From Paraphysomonas bandaiensis (lineage: Eukaryota; Protista; Chrysophyceae): 64,000 nt of DNA. A program made the translations under genes and the position numbers. Where the stretch lies: positions 62,001-126,000 of the forward strand of contig CBFFRP010000419.1 in the NCBI GenBank assembly GCA_965644295.1, given 5' to 3'. The notes beneath the pieces were generated by a model. That model had not been told where the DNA came from and ran no database searches. It worked only from the letters and a program-made list of their open reading frames with translations. Shown here in pieces: positions 58,563 to 64,000 of this stretch. Positions within the stretch are counted from its first letter, which is position 1. Each line of letters opens with the position of its first letter.

Positions 58563-60665
58563 ATGTCTGCCTTTGTACCTGCCCCTGCACCTGCACCCAT
58601 GTCTGCCTTCAAGCAAGCTGTTCTTAACAGTGAAAATCCTGATGATGGTATGCTGCGCACACGAGGAGAGAACAGACACCCTGCTCTAACAGCTGCTGGA
58701 CTCGGCGACTCTCTTCTGGCTCTATTCGATAAATTCTTTCAAGGAATTTCAGAGAGAGATCTGCGTGAAAGCATCCGCAGAGTGATCGAAGAGTCTCGCG
58801 CAAAGTCTGATATTGAGATCATCGTCAATCTATTCGTAATGGCGTTCCACACGAGATGGTGTCGAGGAGGAAAAGGCGCTAAGTTACCTTTCTATCAGTG
58901 CCTCAAGATTCTCTATGAAGTGTTTCCTGTTCCCGTAGAGCATTTAATAAGCCTTATACCACAGTATGGGTACTGGAAAGATTTACTGTTGTTACTAGAG
59001 GAGGTCAAAGAAAATCCTGTGTGTGGTGTAAACTATGAGCGTCTTGAAGATGTGATTTGGAATGTATACGCTAAACAACTTTCTGAGGACTACGTTGCTT
59101 TACAAACTCATAAAGCAGCTGGAACTACACCTTCTTTATCTTTTGCGGGAAAATACGCCCCGCGGGAACATAAGCATTTGGATGGATCGCTGAAGGGGGT
59201 CAAAAATCTTGCGAAGAGAATGTTTAAAGACGATTCTATCATTGTTCTTCCTGGGTCAATCCATCCCAATGAAACTGATGACGGTGTACTCATTGATAAT
59301 CAAGGCGAAGAAATGTTGGAAGGCTGCGGTAGCAAGAGTCGCTCCCACACTTCTTCCCTAAAACGTAAGTACCGAGAGGTAGTGTCATCACTGGCGACCG
59401 CATTAGACATACCGGAGGTTAAGATGTGTGCACATCAATATAGCGAAATTAAAATATCAGGTATTCCCTCAAAGTGCCTATCAAAGAATGAGAAAGCCTT
59501 CGCAAATGAAAGGTTGCATGAAGCCCCTCATGGCCCCGTCGAGGAAGAGAGGGGAAACCGATACCCACATAACCCTGACCGCGTCGGGTGTCGCAAGAAC
59601 CTCATCAACGCGCTCAGCACAGGAAATGTAAAGGGTGCACAAAACTATCCACACGAGTACGTAGAAAAGGTTTTTCGGAGCAGGAATATGTCAATTGTGA
59701 GCAAGCTGACGGTGAATGCGCAATGGGTCAGTATGAGGGGAAGTATTGAGCGCATGGTATCTCAGAGACGTGAGTCCAAGGGATCGGCCTTATCTGAAGT
59801 GTCTCTTGGAAATCTTGTCCCAATAGTGGATGTGTCCGGGTCAATGCATGGGACTCCAATGGCGGTGTCTATTGGCTTGGGAATTCTATGCTCAGAGCTC
59901 GCCAACCCCGCTTTTAAAGACCTTGTACTGACGTTTTCCGTCGACGCGACGTGGGTGCACCTAGGTGACTGCAATTCTTTTGTAGACAAGGTGAAGAAGC
60001 TCGAAGGAGCTCACTGGGGGTATAACACTGACTTCATAAAAGCCATGCAACGAGTTGCAGATGTGGTTAGAGACCACCATCTTGCTCAAAAAGATATACC
60101 TAACCTTCTGGTAATATCTGATATGCAGTTCGATGAAGCTTGGGGAAGCGATGAAACGGGATTGGCATGGAACACAGCATATGAAAATATAGAAAAAATG
60201 TTTCATGACCTTGGTATGGACATTAATGGCACACCATTCATCCCACCCTCTATCATTTTTTGGAACGTACGGGGGTCAGTGGGGTTCCCGGCTGCAGCAG
60301 ATGACAAGGGAGTGATTCTTCTGTCGGGATACTCCCCTGCCTTAATGAAGTTTATCCTGTCGGGTGAAATGGAAAGAGAGGAGGAGGAAAAGAGCCAGAA
60401 TGATCAAGGGGAGGTCTTGGTGAAGAAAAGGAAAGTAGAAGTGACCCCAGCGGAGGCATTGCATAACGTTCTTCATGACGAAGCACTGCTACCTGTTAGA
60501 CATGCTCTCAGAGGCCTATCGGAACACCTCGTTCCTCATTCTGAAAATTTGTTGTCTGATTCGCCACTACTGAACTCGAATATGAACATGAATCGGAATC
60601 GAAATATAAGCAGTAAAAGAAGAGGAATTGGAGGAAGAAGGGGAGGAAGACATAGATCGCTTTAA
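58563..60665 (+). CDS. DUF2828-family protein with a C-terminal vWA domain
   Basis: TRWCRGGKG, IPQYGYWKDL, AGKYAPRE, MIDAS IVDVSGSM, WGYNTDF, VISDMQFD, IIFWNVR and LSGYS. Confidence 0.85.
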   Translation: MSAFVPAPAPAPMSAFKQAVLNSENPDDGMLRTRGENRHPALTAAGLGDSLLALFDKFFQGISERDLRESIRRVIEESRAKSDIEIIVNLFVMAFHTRWCRGGKGAKLPFYQCLKILYEVFPVPVEHLISLIPQYGYWKDLLLLLEEVKENPVCGVNYERLEDVIWNVYAKQLSEDYVALQTHKAAGTTPSLSFAGKYAPREHKHLDGSLKGVKNLAKRMFKDDSIIVLPGSIHPNETDDGVLIDNQGEEMLEGCGSKSRSHTSSLKRKYREVVSSLATALDIPEVKMCAHQYSEIKISGIPSKCLSKNEKAFANERLHEAPHGPVEEERGNRYPHNPDRVGCRKNLINALSTGNVKGAQNYPHEYVEKVFRSRNMSIVSKLTVNAQWVSMRGSIERMVSQRRESKGSALSEVSLGNLVPIVDVSGSMHGTPMAVSIGLGILCSELANPAFKDLVLTFSVDATWVHLGDCNSFVDKVKKLEGAHWGYNTDFIKAMQRVADVVRDHHLAQKDIPNLLVISDMQFDEAWGSDETGLAWNTAYENIEKMFHDLGMDINGTPFIPPSIIFWNVRGSVGFPAAADDKGVILLSGYSPALMKFILSGEMEREEEEKSQNDQGEVLVKKRKVEVTPAEALHNVLHDEALLPVRHALRGLSEHLVPHSENLLSDSPLLNSNMNMNRNRNISSKRRGIGGRRGGRHRSL

Positions 60666-60691
60666 ATGTATGATCAAAGCACTTAACGGAA

Positions 60692-60874
60692 GTGGTTGCA
60701 CCTTGGTGCTTGCGGCGACGCACAAGCAGCTTCTGTAGCGTTAAATAGTAGGATAATAGAATTTGTGCTGATTAGTTATGGGTAGAGGTCTAACTAGTAG
60801 ACTAGTATTCAACTAGCCGCTATATCGGAACGAGTTTTTTAACGCCTATTGCTAAATAAAAAGACATTCAATAT
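60692..60874 (+). repeat. ~185-bp dispersed repeat, copy 1 (inverted relative to 62791-62973)
   Basis: GTGGTTGCACCTTGGTGCTTGCGGCGACG...AAGACATTCAATAT; a degenerate partial copy lies near 50325-50440. Confidence 0.8.
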
Positions 60875-61962
60875 GATCAAAGCACTGCGTCATGTACACT
60901 ATTTATAATAAAGCTTACATCGCCCAACATGTAGGAAGAATGATGAAGTGTTTTTTAAGAGTCTATAAAGAAATACCTTTAACGTACTAGCGTTTTCGAT
61001 TTGTGCAGGAGTGAAATACTTGCAACATTCTATGCATTGTCTTTAAATTCTAATCCTTTTACAACTCAAAACTCTTGAGATACTGATATCTGTTGTGTTT
61101 GCAAAAAATATCTGATATGTTAACTGACGGTGTAATAGATTAATTTATCTTTTAACACAACTCAGAATCAAACCTTATATCAGATTTAAACGGAGATTGA
61201 AAGAGCCGCAGTTCACTTTTAACCATTAGAGTAATACCTTCACTGCTAGCTCCAAATAAATGTCGCCGCCTTGTGTTTATCTTCTTACTTTGCTCTTTGC
61301 TACATTGAATGACATACAAAATATACATCGCTATCATGCGTGATTAAAAAACTATAAGTGGGTATAAGAGTCACGCTACAGATGTGACACTCATGAATCA
61401 CATAAAATCTAAATATACAGACGTAGAATGAATTACAAGGACCAGAGCACACAGCCGTGTCAAGTAGTATGGTATTAGTCTAACTATCATGAAATATGTC
61501 TGCATTATTAGTATATGTGTTTTAAGAGGCGCAGTCACCAGTTAACATTCAGTGGGCGGATTCCTTACACGTGTATGTATATATGTGGACATGTGTTGGG
61601 ATCACTGGAAATGCCTCAGAGACTTATTCTTATCATATAGGCGCCCATTGCACTCTATCGGATCTCAAGTTGCAGCTATGTCCGTGTTGCCATATTACAA
61701 TCAGTATGGTTCACTGGGTGGGGTGTCGCTTCCGTTTCGATGAAAGCTCACTTTCAATATATTGTGCCATTGAAGTGTGCAAATACTGTCGAATAGGTTA
61801 AACGAAAACATAACAGTAAAAGGTGCATATGGTTACAAAGAAAGTAAATTAATTTACTGATGTATAATATGTACAAGATATTTAAAGTTCACCGGTGAAA
61901 TTTTGATAAACATTTGTTAATGAGAACATTTGTTACATGAATATGATATGATGAATTTGAAG

Positions 61963-62770
61963 CAGGGCTAGGAAACAATATATTGCAATACTATTGTTAG
62001 AGAGCGCTCCATCAATACTATTGATGGAGTTTTTAAACAGGCCCAACAATACAATTACAATATATTGCAATTTATTGTCAATGTATTGCAATATATTAGT
62101 ATGACTAATCAGTAAGTAAACATATCCGTAGACTCCACTTTTAGTGTTAGTCATTAAGATCACATGACAACGAAACCAACTACTGCTTATAGCTAATAAA
62201 AATCCGCCTCTTCCTCATCCTCTGAGCCATCATTGGTGAAGTCAACATCACCATATTCATCCACAGTATTAATCGAAATATGCTAGTATCCGGCCACAAC
62301 TGTCGAATAGCTTTCAGAAACAACAGCATATTAAGTAGGATGGATACTATTGCGCAACACTGATATAATAATATTTTTAGCTGCGCTGAACAGACGTTCC
62401 CATGTATTGGAAGTACATACCAGGGCCTGGTAACCGTTAACGACTCGTGGACCTGTACGTTTCTAAATTTTTTGAGATGACTGAAGATTTTTATTTGCGT
62501 AGTCAACATTCAACATCAGCTTCATCATCCTCTGTAATGCTGTAATCAATTTCTCGGTTATTTATATCCATTTTGCACCCTACAGTTGAGAATCTTCTCT
62601 TATATGACTATCATAATATTGATTGCAATATATTGCAATATATTGTGAGCTACTTTAACAGAAACAATATTGATGGGATTTTTGGCCGGTCGACCAATCA
62701 ATATATTTTACAATATATTGCAATATATTGTACAATGTATTGCAATTCAATATATTGTTTCCTAGCCCTG
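61963..62770 (-). mobile_element. Second, shorter non-autonomous hAT element of the same family as 27788-29148
   Basis: Same 23-bp TIRs and a decayed LLFLKAIRQLW dimerisation remnant; TSD only partly conserved (ATTTGAAG / TGATGAAG). Confidence 0.82.
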
Positions 62771-62790
62771 TGATGAAGCATTTTGACTAT

Positions 62791-62973
62791 ATATTGAAAG
62801 TCTTTTTATTTAGCAATAGGCGTTAGAAACCTGTACCAATATAGTGGCTAGTTGAATGCTAGACATACTAGTTAGACCTCTACCCATAACTAATCAGCAC
62901 AAATTCCATTATCCTACTATTTAACGCTACGGAAGCTGCTTGTGCGTCGCCGCAAGCACCAAGGTGCAACCAC
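62791..62973 (-). repeat. ~185-bp dispersed repeat, copy 2
   Basis: Reverse complement of 60692-60874 with scattered mismatches. Confidence 0.8.
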
Positions 62974-63456
62974 AAGTGTTTTGACTAATAATTTTAATTC
63001 TTTCTTTACAGCAAAACAACTTCAAGGGCTACGTGTAGGGCATAGGGCAAGGTTAATTTCAGTGTAATATCCTGTTCTAACGAAATATATCACACATTTT
63101 TCAATATGTTTTTCAATAAATTTACTGTTATAACATTTAAATAGTTACATTTTATAATATATAAATATAAGTTATGATCTCCCGTATAAATTTTAGCTGA
63201 TATCAGTGGAGGGAAAGTGATGCAAGATGGCTCACAGATAGTCAAAGGCAATCTCATTTCAGTACTTTTGATTGGCCTTTGTAGATGGTCGACACAAATT
63301 GTTAAATGAAAACATACGTAGCTTAAATACTTTCCAAGAATATGCACGCAGGCGAAAATATATTGATTTCTTTTATTTCTTATTACAAGCAAGCTTGTTT
63401 CCATTCAATGATACAAGTCAACGCAACAATTACATCAACTTAATTTTGGTGCCACA

Positions 63457-64000
63457 CTACTTCGGTTGTTCAGTTGTTGAAGCTGCAGCGGGGGTTCCCA
63501 TTTCGTCCTCAACGCGTGTGACTTCAGTGTTTGTGTAATGCAAGTCCTCCATCTTAAATTCGTACCATTTGGTAGCATATTCCTGAGCTTCTTCAACGGC
63601 CTCCCATCCCTTCTGTGCTGTTGAAAAAATGTGACACACAAAGCGACAATAATATATATAGCATACCAATGTACTCATCGGCTAATGTGATTTCGTCCTG
63701 TACTTTCTCGATCACCTCCTCTATCTGTCCCTGGTCAATGAAATCTTCAATAGTCTTAACCTACAAAATACAAGTAAATAACTACATACGACATATATAT
63801 AATTTTTCATACATCTTCAGACATCAGAACTCCTTTTTGGATGAAGTGCATCCATTCTTCCACGCTCTTGCGATACCCACAATCAGCAGGAGCTCTCTAT
63901 AACAGACTATTAACATATATATATATAATCTCAACATGTAACTACCTCCACAGATGCCAAACACTTTGATGTTAATCTCATCAGAGTATTCCTTGCATCT
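63457..64000 (-). CDS. NDUFA5: Complex I subunit NDUFA5 (B13)-like, 5' end beyond the window
   Basis: Spliced: DARNTLMRLTSKCLASVE|RAPADCGYRKSVEE...|VKTIEDFIDQGQIEEVIEKVQDEITLADEY|..KGWE; matches the P....YR..E and GQIEEVI motifs. Confidence 0.75.

Overview
Eukaryotic genomic DNA from an intron-containing, probably flagellated protist (a stramenopile is inferred from the gene content, not proven). Host genes: an EF-hand protein, a Pls/PosA-like NRPS, INTS1, U1A/U2B'', a mitochondrial carrier, an MFS transporter, a p25-alpha-like protein, CCDC146, RNase H1, a DUF2828/vWA protein and NDUFA5. The centre of the window (29584-46417, 16.8 kb) is an apparently intact endogenous Polinton-like virus (PLV). 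It has 426-bp terminal inverted repeats (TIRs), a 5-6 bp target-site duplication (TSD), an rve integrase with a chromodomain, an SF3 helicase, a compact protein-primed PolB with an OTU-like protease domain, a packaging ATPase, minor and major capsid proteins, a coiled-coil fibre and three tandem penton-like domains. Less obvious features of the virus are a candidate tRNA-like RNA polymerase III ncRNA, a C-terminal motif [DE]D[GY]FA-stop shared by three unrelated basic proteins, and a palindromic bidirectional promoter carrying a 15-bp motif. Host DNA also holds two non-autonomous hAT elements, a foldback palindrome and a minisatellite that repeats a splice junction 12 times. All calls come from reading motifs by eye; no database searches were run, and exon boundaries are approximate.
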